From positions 30,186-94,185 of the forward strand of contig DUUV01000121.1 in the NCBI GenBank assembly GCA_012841375.1: 64,000 bases of DNA. The letters run 5' to 3'. A model generated the notes under the pieces. It did not search any database, was not told the origin of the DNA, and saw nothing but the letters and a program-made list of their open reading frames with translations. Source of the stretch: Candidatus Fermentithermobacillaceae bacterium. Lineage in GTDB: Bacteria > Bacillota > Sulfobacillia > Fermentithermobacillales > Fermentithermobacillaceae. A program made the position numbers and the translations under genes. Positions 9,539 through 18,034 of this stretch are shown here, in pieces (the first letter of the stretch is position 1; every line of letters starts with the position of its first letter).

Positions 9539-11173
9539 TCAAACGAGAGTCCCCTCTCCCGCAAGGGCAAGCTCCGGTTCCTCCTGAGGAGAGCGTGTAA
9601 AGGACCGGAAGTCCAGGAAGGGAAATATGTTGTCCTTCTCTTCCAGTTCGTGAAGATAAGTCTCATCGATTTGCCCCGAGTTCAGCTGTCCCATAAGGGC
9701 CTGAAAACGTCCAATGTGAAGGACCAGCCTCTTTCGAGCGTAGTCGGGGACGGTGCCAGACGTGATGATGAAGGGCCAATCGGATGACTGCGCAAGCAGA
9801 AGCTCCCTTAGGGCCTGGTTGAGCACCCGGGCGGATATCCCGCGGGCTCCTGCATGTTTCACGCTCGCTTCTGCCATCGCCTCCTGGCAGGCATGGAGAT
9901 GCCGATATATCCAGTCGTTTTGGTGCCCCAACCACACCTCGCTGTATCCCTTGTAGCCCCAGCTTGAGGCTGCAGGCGCGACCACCTGCGCCGGGGGATG
10001 CTTTCCCAGGTAGAGAGAGGGGGTTACCGACCTCACGCCCGCCGCCGGATCCGCCGTGAGACGCAGCACTTCCTCTATCCACAAAGGACCCTCGTACCAC
10101 CAATGGCCGAAAAGCTCGGCGTCATAGGGAGCGGTCATGACAGGAGGTTTCCCTAGGACCGACCCCCAGTACTCAGCCTCCTTATTTCTCCAGAACACGA
10201 AGTTCGCGGCGTGGATCTTGGCTCTGGCGGCGGCCGCGTCCGGGTCGTAGGGCTCCTTGTGCTCGCTCCGCCTGTCTGTGACTCTGTAGTACTTGAGGCC
10301 CGTCGGTGTCCTGACTCCGCCCGGAATCGCCTTGCCCAGGTATTCGACAGGCAGATCGTAGGCGATGTCACGGTGAAATTCCCGGTATGCCCCGTCGCCA
10401 GGATATCCCTCGTCGGCACTCCAGACCTGCTTGCCGCATTCTACGTCGCGCCCGAACGCGGCAAGCCCCAGAGGGGTCAGGACAGGCGCGTGAAAGCCAT
10501 AGTGCGGCCTGGGGTTGGCACACAGGACTCCGTGAGTCTCCAATATGAAGTACTGAACGCCGGAACCGGCCAAGTGGGGTTCGATTTCGGGGGAATAGGC
10601 GCACTCGGGCAGCCAGAACCCCTTGGGAGTGAAGCCGAACCGCCGCTCGAACGCCCTAATCCCCGTCCTTATTTGAGTCACGATTGATTCGTCCTGCATG
10701 AGGAGAGGAAGGTACGCGTGGGTGGCCGACGAAGTCATGAGTTCCACGCTGCCTGATTCGTAGAGGCGCATGAACGCGGCAGGAAGGTCCTCACCGAGTT
10801 CTCGGGTGTACAGTTCATAGGCGCGCTCAAAACGCTTCTTGTACATCTCGGCCGCTCTGGCTTCGGGCGATCCCCTTAGTCGTCTTACCTCCTTGCACGA
10901 AAGGTCGTGCAATATGTGGAGGTGTCTCTTGTAACGGCTCTTCATGAGGTCGTCGTCCAGCATCTCAAGGAGAGTGGGAGATAGAGAGACGGTCAACGCG
11001 AACTTGACGTTTTCGCCGGCAAGGCGGCGTAGACATTCCAAGAGCGGCAGGTAACACTCGGTCATGGCTTGAAACAGCCAGCGTTCCTCGAGGGAATCCT
11101 CATATTCCACATGCCTCACGAATGGCAGGTGCGCGTGGAGGACAAGGATCAAATATCCTGACGGGAGGGCCAA
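9539..11173 (-). CDS. Glycoside hydrolase family 57 protein (1,4-alpha-glucan branching enzyme type)
   Basis: N-terminal YLILVLHAHLPFVRH...ERWLFQAMTECYLPLLECL GH57 signature; probable TTG start at 11173 with GGAGGC RBS, 1 nt after the DUF4912 stop. Confidence 0.85.
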   Translation of the reverse strand: MALPSGYLILVLHAHLPFVRHVEYEDSLEERWLFQAMTECYLPLLECLRRLAGENVKFALTVSLSPTLLEMLDDDLMKSRYKRHLHILHDLSCKEVRRLRGSPEARAAEMYKKRFERAYELYTRELGEDLPAAFMRLYESGSVELMTSSATHAYLPLLMQDESIVTQIRTGIRAFERRFGFTPKGFWLPECAYSPEIEPHLAGSGVQYFILETHGVLCANPRPHYGFHAPVLTPLGLAAFGRDVECGKQVWSADEGYPGDGAYREFHRDIAYDLPVEYLGKAIPGGVRTPTGLKYYRVTDRRSEHKEPYDPDAAAARAKIHAANFVFWRNKEAEYWGSVLGKPPVMTAPYDAELFGHWWYEGPLWIEEVLRLTADPAAGVRSVTPSLYLGKHPPAQVVAPAASSWGYKGYSEVWLGHQNDWIYRHLHACQEAMAEASVKHAGARGISARVLNQALRELLLAQSSDWPFIITSGTVPDYARKRLVLHIGRFQALMGQLNSGQIDETYLHELEEKDNIFPFLDFRSFTRSPQEEPELALAGEGTLV

Positions 11174-11174
11174 G

Positions 11175-12110
11175 TCATTGCCTCCACGCCATCGGTGAAG
11201 AAACGTAGTACTCTTGTGTCCAGCGTCCGTAAAGCCTCGCCCAGTCCAGGTCCGACCACTCAAGCGCTATTTCCATGGAATAGTCCCTGGGTGGCATGGT
11301 CACGGGATTTGACCGGAGCATCGGCACGAACCCTCCCGGATAGAGGCGCCCCAACTCGGCGATCAATGTGTGACGGGGTCTGTTTACGTGGACATACCAG
11401 TCCTCGGCGTTTTCTCCTACGACCACGTCCAGGTGGGCATGGGGGATACCGGGCGTTACGTCGTAGAGCCTTAGGGCCGGTCTGGACAAACCCCACTCGG
11501 ATATGTGTCTCTCCATGGTCCGCCTGTAGTGCTCGTGAGTGATCTCCCAGTAGGCGTAGACCCACTGGGGGTCACGGGCCATGAGGACCAACCTGTCCGT
11601 GCCGTACCGTTGGGGGAGAAAATACTGCTCATCCCTGAAAGCTTTCGGGTCCTGAGGCCTCTTGTCCCTGTCATCTCCGCTGGACGGATGCCGCTCATCG
11701 ACGAAGTCTCTGGGCCAGGCATAGGCCCCCGGTTGAAACTCGATGGTCTCGGCGGCCTCCCAAGCCAGTTCCACTTCTTTTGAGAGATTGTCTTTTCGCA
11801 AGGAACGGTCCTTGAGCGCGCCCAGGGCTCTGGATCCTCCAACCCTGGGACGTTCCACCCCGGACAAACGGTCCCTATATAGGGCCTTGTCGGGGTCAAT
11901 CTCTTCGGGGGGCACGCCGATCTCTGACGAGGTTTCCATATGGCCCTGTCGGCGCCCCTCCGCCGGCATGCCGGTCTCACGGCGCCGGCGCGCGAACAAC
12001 ACCAGTAAAAGCCCTGCCGCTATTGCTATTATGAGCCCGAGAAACCAGTCCACGAATAGGATTCCTCCCGAAGAGCCAAAATTCCAAAGACACTCGCCCA
12101 CGGGGCGCAT
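11175..12110 (-). CDS. DUF4912-domain protein with N-terminal membrane anchor
   Basis: WVYAYWEITHEHY...WYVHV motifs of DUF4912; this family is recurrently found next to GH57 genes; N-terminal TM helix. Confidence 0.7.
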   Translation of the reverse strand: MRPVGECLWNFGSSGGILFVDWFLGLIIAIAAGLLLVLFARRRRETGMPAEGRRQGHMETSSEIGVPPEEIDPDKALYRDRLSGVERPRVGGSRALGALKDRSLRKDNLSKEVELAWEAAETIEFQPGAYAWPRDFVDERHPSSGDDRDKRPQDPKAFRDEQYFLPQRYGTDRLVLMARDPQWVYAYWEITHEHYRRTMERHISEWGLSRPALRLYDVTPGIPHAHLDVVVGENAEDWYVHVNRPRHTLIAELGRLYPGGFVPMLRSNPVTMPPRDYSMEIALEWSDLDWARLYGRWTQEYYVSSPMAWRQ

Positions 12111-12255
12111 TCTTGCTGCGACTTTAGTAAATATGAGGATTAAGGCACTGATTTATTCGCCCCAAACTCTCCCTGTGACGGGTGCGAAATCTGTCGAACA
12201 GGTCCTACTAGGCATTTGGCATTAAATCATGGGGTAAAAAGAGGAATTTTGCCAG

Positions 12256-12276
12256 TTGGGGCGAATATCGCCCCAA
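12256..12276. promoter_or_regulatory. 21-bp palindrome TTGGGGCGA-ATA-TCGCCCCAA (operator-like), extra half-site TCGCCCCAA at 12157-12166
   Basis: Perfect 9-bp arms around a 3-nt centre, 64 bp upstream of the mihF start; third copy of the half-site about 90 bp further upstream. Confidence 0.4.
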
Positions 12277-12339
12277 GTGGGCGTTAGACAGAGAAGAGGC
12301 TTCACGGGTTAGGCTAGATACTGTTGAGGAGGGAGATTC

Positions 12340-12654
12340 ATGGCGCTTCCGAGTTTGACTCCGGCGGAGAAGAAGAAAGCGCTGGAGAAGGCGCAGACAA
12401 TGCGCAGGGCAAGGGCGGAGCTTCGAGCCAAACTGAAGAAGGGTGAAATCAAGTTCGCCGATATCCTTTCTGGGAAAGACGATGCCGTCATCCAGAGGAT
12501 GAAGGTCTCTTACCTTCTGAAGTCCCTGCCCAGGGTCGGAAAAGTCAAGGCCGAGAAGATCATGGAAGAAGTCGGGATCGACGAGTCCCGCCGCGTCCAG
12601 GGCCTCGGCAAGAGGCAGAAAGAGGCGCTCTTGGCCCGTTTCCTGGAGAAGTAG
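12340..12654 (+). CDS. mihF: Actinobacterial-type integration host factor mIHF/sIHF homolog
   Basis: [18 protein letters not shown]...[27 protein letters not shown]...[13 protein letters not shown] is near-collinear with mycobacterial/streptomycete mIHF; sits upstream of gmk as in actinobacteria. Confidence 0.85.
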   Translation: MALPSLTPAEKKKALEKAQTMRRARAELRAKLKKGEIKFADILSGKDDAVIQRMKVSYLLKSLPRVGKVKAEKIMEEVGIDESRRVQGLGKRQKEALLARFLEK

Positions 12655-12667
12655 TCAGGAGGTTTCC

Positions 12668-12913
12668 ATGGGCATCCGAATGGTGAATATCGGTTTCGGC
12701 AACATCGTCTCCGCAGGTAGAATTGTGGCAATGGTGTCGCCGGAGAGTGCTCCGATTAGACGGATTATCGGAGAAGCCAGAGACCGGGGGATGCTTGTGG
12801 ACGCGACTCATGGCAGGCGCACTCGCGCGGTTATTGTGGCCGATTCCGGACATGTGGTGTTGAGTGCCGTGAATCCTGAAACGGTTGTATCCAGGCTTGA
12901 CGCCAATAGGTAA
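12668..12913 (+). CDS. remA: RemA/YlzA family (DUF370) regulator
   Basis: [30 protein letters not shown]...RTRAVIV...SAV family signature; position directly upstream of gmk as in B. subtilis. Confidence 0.85.
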   Translation: MGIRMVNIGFGNIVSAGRIVAMVSPESAPIRRIIGEARDRGMLVDATHGRRTRAVIVADSGHVVLSAVNPETVVSRLDANR

Positions 12914-12936
12914 CTAGAGATAGATAATAAGTACCT

Positions 12937-13527
12937 ATGTCAAGAGGAATACTTTTCGTCATAACTGCTCCATCCGGATGCGGCAAGGGGACGCTCAGGC
13001 GTAACCTCTTGGCGGCGGATGTGAGCCTCACCTTTTGTCCCTCCGTTACCACTCGCCCTCCTAGGCCGGGCGAGGCTAACGGAGTGGATTATTTCTTTCT
13101 ATCCAGGGAAGAATTTCTATCCATGAGGGACAGGCAGGAGCTTGTAGAGTGGGCTTCTGTCTACGGGAGATTCTACGGTACACCCAGGAAGCCGGTTGAA
13201 GACGCCCTTCGGAGCGGTACCGACGTTATCCTCGAAAAGGATGTACAGGGAGCCCGTACCTTGCGAGCCGTCTACCCGGAGGGAATCTTTGTGTTTGTCT
13301 TGCCCCCTTCCATGGACGAGCTAAGGCGGAGGATACTGGGGAGAGGCACCGAGACGGACTCGGAGCGGCAAGTCAGGCTGAATAGCGCTGAGATGGAAAT
13401 GTCTGATCTCAGTGGGTATGATTATGTTATCATCAATTCTGATATTGACCGGGCAACAGAGAGGCTGTCCGCTATCGTGGCGGGAGAGCGGGCCCGTTCC
13501 AAGAGGAGGACGGCTAATGATGACTGA
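12937..13527 (+). CDS. gmk: Guanylate kinase
   Basis: P-loop APSGCGKGTL, TTRPPRPGE..GVDYFF, ASVYGRFYGT motifs. Confidence 0.95.
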   Translation: MSRGILFVITAPSGCGKGTLRRNLLAADVSLTFCPSVTTRPPRPGEANGVDYFFLSREEFLSMRDRQELVEWASVYGRFYGTPRKPVEDALRSGTDVILEKDVQGARTLRAVYPEGIFVFVLPPSMDELRRRILGRGTETDSERQVRLNSAEMEMSDLSGYDYVIINSDIDRATERLSAIVAGERARSKRRTANDD

Positions 13528-13780
13528 AGCGGGTTCTGACCGCTCAGCGTTGAGCTCAAAGTACGCTCTGGTGATCGCTGTGGCAAAGAGAGCCAGAGAG
13601 ATAGTGGATGGAAGAGAGGAACCGTTGGGTTCGGGCCACAAACCGGTGACCATCGCGCTTGATGAGATTAACCGGGGAAAAGTGATAGTGACCCTCAAGA
13701 AACAAGACCCGGCCCACCTCGAAGAGGACGAAGAGACGCCGGAGGAACAAGTCCCCGGTGAGTCAGAGCCATTCATATGA
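13517..13780 (+). CDS. rpoZ: DNA-directed RNA polymerase subunit omega
   Basis: KYALVIAVAKRAREI motif; ATG 13517 with AGGAGGA RBS, overlapping gmk end by 11 nt; ORF-track N-terminal extension rejected. Confidence 0.85.
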   Translation: MMTEAGSDRSALSSKYALVIAVAKRAREIVDGREEPLGSGHKPVTIALDEINRGKVIVTLKKQDPAHLEEDEETPEEQVPGESEPFI

Positions 13781-15794
13781 GCCTCGGGGGACACCCTCTG
13801 TGTCCCGTGATCCCGTGGACGCCGTTTACCTAGACATTATCGTGGACGTGCCGGCCGTAGGCGACCGGCGGTTTACGTATTCCTGTCCATCTGAGATTTC
13901 CCTCCCGAGGGGAGCCAAGGTGAGGGTACCCTTCGGCAGGGCAAGAGCCGATGGCTTCGTCCTTGGCGAATGCGCCGAGAAACCGCCTTTCAGCATAAAA
14001 CCGGTTGAAGATATCTACGATCTATCTTTCTTGCCCCCGCAGGAGCTCCTGGGTTTGACGGAAGCGCTGGCACGACACTATTGCGCCTCAACCGCCTCTC
14101 TTTGGTCCAACTTGTACCCGCCGGTAGTGCCGCGGAAGAGCGTCGCCAGGGTGCTCAAGGAGGGCGGCCTTCCGCCTCATCCAGCCATTCCGGACCGTGA
14201 GCCGGCTCAGGAAGTAGAGAAGACCGACCTCTCAAAGGAAATGGAGACGGTTCCCGTTCTCTATGTCTGGGGCTCCCGGCGGTTCAGGTGGAATAAGTAC
14301 CTCGACCTCACAGACAGCGCGCTCAGACGTGGGCAAAGTGTCCTCATCTTGTGCCCTGAGACAAAGGTGTTAGAAGGTATCCTGGCCCTCCTGAGCGCAA
14401 GGTTCCCGGGTGAGGTATGCCCGGTCAACTCCGAGATGACAGGAGTCGTCCGGAGGACTTCGTGGCTCGCTCTTTCACGAGGAGAGGTGAAGATAGCGGC
14501 AGGTACAAGGTCCGCTGTTTTCGCGCCCCTCCGCGACCTGGGATTGGTGATCCTGGACGAGGAGCCTGGATCGGCATACAAGTCTCTGGACTGGCCGTTT
14601 ATTGACGCCAGGACCGCGGCCGTGGCCCGCGGAACCAGAGGGGCCAAGGTGGTGTTCGGAAGCGCTTATCCGAGCGTAGAGGCAGTAGAGAACATTGAGC
14701 GGCGCCGGTGGTCGTGCCTACGGGAGGGTCCGGCCGAACCGCCGGAGAACGGCGAGGGCCTCTTGGAGCCGGGACCGAGGGTAACGGTCGTTGACCTCAA
14801 GGAGACACGCCCCCGCAGAGAGATCATCTCAGCACCTCTCCAGGGGAAACTGGCGGCCGCGTTCTCCTCCGGACACCGAGCCGTCCTGTTTCTAAACCGG
14901 CGCGGCGATTCGTCTTACGTCTCTTGCAGGGACTGTGGCAGCGCGATATCGTGCCCCCGGTGCGGAGTGCCCATGTCTTATCACAGAAGAGAGGGCAAGA
15001 CGATCTGCCACACTTGCGGTTTCCGGGAAGAAGCCCCGGCGGTCTGTCCCGCTTGCGGGGGCCACAATTGGCGGTTCTCCGGTCTTGGTATTGAGAAGGC
15101 CGAGGCTGAGTTCCAGAGAAAATTCCCCGAAGTGCCGGTTTTCACGCTTGATCAGGACGTTGCCCGCAAGACTACCCCTAGTGAGATCCTGGGCGCTTTC
15201 GGCCGGGTTTCTCCCGGGTGTCTGATTGCCACCCAGCTGGTGTTGGGACAAAGCCTCTTGCCAAAGGTCGGCATGGTAGGCGTTTTGTCTGCCGATACGG
15301 CTCTCAGCGTGCCCGACTTCCGGGCGTCTGAAAGGGCTTACCGCCTGCTTGCAGGGCTCAAGGACTGTGTTGACCCCGAACTGGGCTCTCGCGGCGTCTA
15401 TGTTGTTCAGACCCAGAATCCGGACCACCACGCCATTCGGGGAGTTGCCGGCGGCGGTTCTTTTTACGAGGACGAGTTGCGAATGAGACGAATGCTGGGA
15501 TATCCTCCGTTTAAGAGGTTCTTCAGGGTGAAGTTCGAAGGCAGGAACCTGGAGAAGGTTTCAGAAGCCGCCTCCGCGTTTGTCTCAATGCTGCCCCCGG
15601 AGGGCGATATCAGAGTGCTTGGACCGGCTCCGGCTCCGAAGCCGAAGGTCCGGGGGGTCTACCGGTGGCACGTAGCGCTGAAGGGCGACGACCACGGGAC
15701 TATGGCGGCTGAGTGCCGCCGGGTCCTGGAGGGTATGTCCAAGTTCAGGGCGGTAAAGATCCTGGTGGACGTAGACCCCGTAGATACTGAGTGA
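13758..15794 (+). CDS. priA: Primosomal protein N' (PriA) with degenerate Walker A/B motifs
   Basis: N-terminal 3'-DNA-binding domain, GTRSAVFAPLRDLGLVILDEE helicase core, four CxxC zinc-ribbon pairs (CRDCG/CPRCG/CHTCG/CPACG), C-terminal domain; Walker A reads VWGSRRFRWNKY (no GKT) and Walker B DEEP instead of DEEH. Confidence 0.9.
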   Translation: MSQSHSYEPRGTPSVSRDPVDAVYLDIIVDVPAVGDRRFTYSCPSEISLPRGAKVRVPFGRARADGFVLGECAEKPPFSIKPVEDIYDLSFLPPQELLGLTEALARHYCASTASLWSNLYPPVVPRKSVARVLKEGGLPPHPAIPDREPAQEVEKTDLSKEMETVPVLYVWGSRRFRWNKYLDLTDSALRRGQSVLILCPETKVLEGILALLSARFPGEVCPVNSEMTGVVRRTSWLALSRGEVKIAAGTRSAVFAPLRDLGLVILDEEPGSAYKSLDWPFIDARTAAVARGTRGAKVVFGSAYPSVEAVENIERRRWSCLREGPAEPPENGEGLLEPGPRVTVVDLKETRPRREIISAPLQGKLAAAFSSGHRAVLFLNRRGDSSYVSCRDCGSAISCPRCGVPMSYHRREGKTICHTCGFREEAPAVCPACGGHNWRFSGLGIEKAEAEFQRKFPEVPVFTLDQDVARKTTPSEILGAFGRVSPGCLIATQLVLGQSLLPKVGMVGVLSADTALSVPDFRASERAYRLLAGLKDCVDPELGSRGVYVVQTQNPDHHAIRGVAGGGSFYEDELRMRRMLGYPPFKRFFRVKFEGRNLEKVSEAASAFVSMLPPEGDIRVLGPAPAPKPKVRGVYRWHVALKGDDHGTMAAECRRVLEGMSKFRAVKILVDVDPVDTE

Positions 15795-15897
15795 GAGACT
15801 GAGGAATGTCTCGTCGTGCGCTCATAGGATTTACAGGAACGACCGGCGTCTTCCGAAGTCACAGAAGATATGGATATCGTGAGTGAAGGTGGTTTCG

Positions 15898-17346
15898 TTG
15901 GCGATCCTTGAGATCAGGAAGTTTGGAGACCCGGTATTGCGGAAAGCCTCCAGGCCGGTGCCGCGGGTCAACAACGCGGTACGCAAGATACTAGATGACA
16001 TGCTGGAGACTATGCGGAATGCCTCGGGGGCCGGCCTGGCCGCGCCTCAAGTGGGAATCTCAAAGAGGATAGTGATAGTAGACATCGGGGAAGGACCCCT
16101 GTTCCTCGTAAATCCGGAGATCGTCTCGGTCTCAGAAGAGACCCAGATTGGTGTCGAGGGATGCCTCAGTTTTCCGGGTTACATAGGTGAGGTTGAGAGG
16201 CCTCTCAAGATCACTGTGAAAGCGCTGGACCGGGACGGGCATGACGTATGGGTGGATGCCGAGGGCTACCTAGCCAGGGCCTGCTGCCATGAAATTGATC
16301 ACCTGGACGGCGTTTTGTACACCGACCGGGCAACGACCATCTCAGAGGTCAAGAAGGAACCTGACGAACCCGAAGGGGAAGAGGCAAAGGAGAGAGAGAT
16401 CACGGCTGTTTTCATGGGGAGCCCGGAGTTTGCCGTACCTTCTCTGGATGAACTGGTGACCTCAGGCGTCAAGGTGGAGCTCGTCGTGACCCAGCCGGAC
16501 CGTCCCTTTGGGAGGAAGCAGGAGATACGCCCCACCCCCGTCAAAGCCAGAGCCATGGAGCTGGGCATTCCGGTTCTCACTTGCGAGCGGGTGGGAGATC
16601 CCGGCGTTGTACGCAAGATCCGCGAAATCGCCCCGGACTTTGTCATTGTCGCCGCCTTCGGACAGAAGCTCCCTGAGGAGGTCTTGTCGGCCCCGAAGAT
16701 CGCGTGCTTGAATGTGCACCCGTCGCTACTCCCCAAGTACAGAGGCGGTAACCCGGTCCAAAGAGCGATCATGAACGGCGACACGGCGACAGGCGTCTCC
16801 ATCATGTACATGAGCGAGAAAGTGGATGCGGGCGACATCGTCCTCAGGCGGGAGGTCCCCATCGGCCCCAATGAGACCTTTGGGACGCTGGAAAGGAGGT
16901 TGGCCTCGTTGGGAGCTCACGTCCTTGTCGAGGCCGTGCGCCTCTTGGCGTCCGGTTCGGTCGCCCGGATACCACAAGATGAACCGGAAGCCACTATCGC
17001 CCGGCACCTCTCCAAAGGCGAAGAGGTGATCGACTGGCGAAGGCCCGCTGTGGAGGTTCACAACCTGGTTAGAGGCCTTTCACCCAAGCCGGGAGCAGTT
17101 ACTTATTTGGACGGACAACGTATCAAGATATGGCGGACTCGCCTTCCTCTTGAACTCCATGAAGGATCCCACACTGCGGGTAGTATAATTGGGGTAGAAG
17201 GCGAATCGGCGCTCGTCCAGTGCGGCGATGTCCCCATCGCCGTTTTGGAGGTTCAGCCTGAAGGCCGGAGCAGCATGAGCGCTCAAGCGTTTCTCATGGG
17301 GCTCAGGTCGAGAAATCGTGTATTCGGTGGGAGGGTAGAGACATGA
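15898..17346 (+). CDS. def-fmt: Fused peptide deformylase / methionyl-tRNA formyltransferase (Def-Fmt single ORF)
   Basis: Def motifs GAGLAAPQVG, EGCLSFPG, HEIDHLDG (aa 1-~160), acidic linker KKEPDEPEGEEAKERE, then Fmt from ITAVFMGSPEFAVPSL with HPSLLPKYRGGNP motif; no stop between domains; start TTG 15898 (MAILEI) or GTG 15883. Confidence 0.8.
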   Translation: MAILEIRKFGDPVLRKASRPVPRVNNAVRKILDDMLETMRNASGAGLAAPQVGISKRIVIVDIGEGPLFLVNPEIVSVSEETQIGVEGCLSFPGYIGEVERPLKITVKALDRDGHDVWVDAEGYLARACCHEIDHLDGVLYTDRATTISEVKKEPDEPEGEEAKEREITAVFMGSPEFAVPSLDELVTSGVKVELVVTQPDRPFGRKQEIRPTPVKARAMELGIPVLTCERVGDPGVVRKIREIAPDFVIVAAFGQKLPEEVLSAPKIACLNVHPSLLPKYRGGNPVQRAIMNGDTATGVSIMYMSEKVDAGDIVLRREVPIGPNETFGTLERRLASLGAHVLVEAVRLLASGSVARIPQDEPEATIARHLSKGEEVIDWRRPAVEVHNLVRGLSPKPGAVTYLDGQRIKIWRTRLPLELHEGSHTAGSIIGVEGESALVQCGDVPIAVLEVQPEGRSSMSAQAFLMGLRSRNRVFGGRVET

Positions 17347-18032
17347 TGTGGTGGGACCAGGGATTTTATGTCTTCGTAATCCCGGCCATGATTTTCGCCA
17401 TGTGGGCACAGGCCAAGGTACGGTCTGCGTACAACACCTATTCCAGGCTCCGCTCTCAGAGCGGTCGTACGGCCGTGGAAGTGGCCGCAGCTCTCTTGCG
17501 CAACTCGGGCCTCGGCGATGTAAGGATAGAGAAGCAGAGAGGACAGCTTACCGACCATTACGACCCCCGGTCGAGGACTCTCCGCCTCTCAGACTCTACG
17601 TACGACAGCCCGTCGGTGGCGGCTATAGCCATCGCGGCTCACGAAGTAGGTCACGCGGTCCAACATTCGGTCGGCTATGCGCCTCTGGCTCTAAGGAACG
17701 GGTTGGTTCCGGTCGCCCAGTTCACGTCGCAGGCGGCGTTTCCCCTGTTCTTCATAGGACTCTTCATGAACTCGGGGTTCCTTATGGACTTGGGGCTTCT
17801 GTTTTTCCTCGGAGCCGTACTGTTTCAGGCCATTACTCTTCCGGTTGAGTTCAACGCCTCGAAGCGGGCATTGGATATGCTCCAGGTTTCGGGCTACGTG
17901 GCGCCTTCAGAGGTGGTGCCTGTGGGAAACATGCTGAACGCCGCCGCCCTAACCTATGTGGCGGGTATGGCGGTTGCCGTCGCCCAGCTCCTTAGGCTCT
18001 TAGTGCTTCGGGGCGGCAGGCGTAGAGACTGA
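17343..18032 (+). CDS. Membrane zinc metallopeptidase (YugP-like, HExxH)
   Basis: N-terminal TM helix, AIAIAAHEVGHAVQH zinc-binding motif, C-terminal TM helices; start overlaps def-fmt stop. Confidence 0.8.
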   Translation: MMWWDQGFYVFVIPAMIFAMWAQAKVRSAYNTYSRLRSQSGRTAVEVAAALLRNSGLGDVRIEKQRGQLTDHYDPRSRTLRLSDSTYDSPSVAAIAIAAHEVGHAVQHSVGYAPLALRNGLVPVAQFTSQAAFPLFFIGLFMNSGFLMDLGLLFFLGAVLFQAITLPVEFNASKRALDMLQVSGYVAPSEVVPVGNMLNAAALTYVAGMAVAVAQLLRLLVLRGGRRRD

Positions 18033-18034
18033 CG

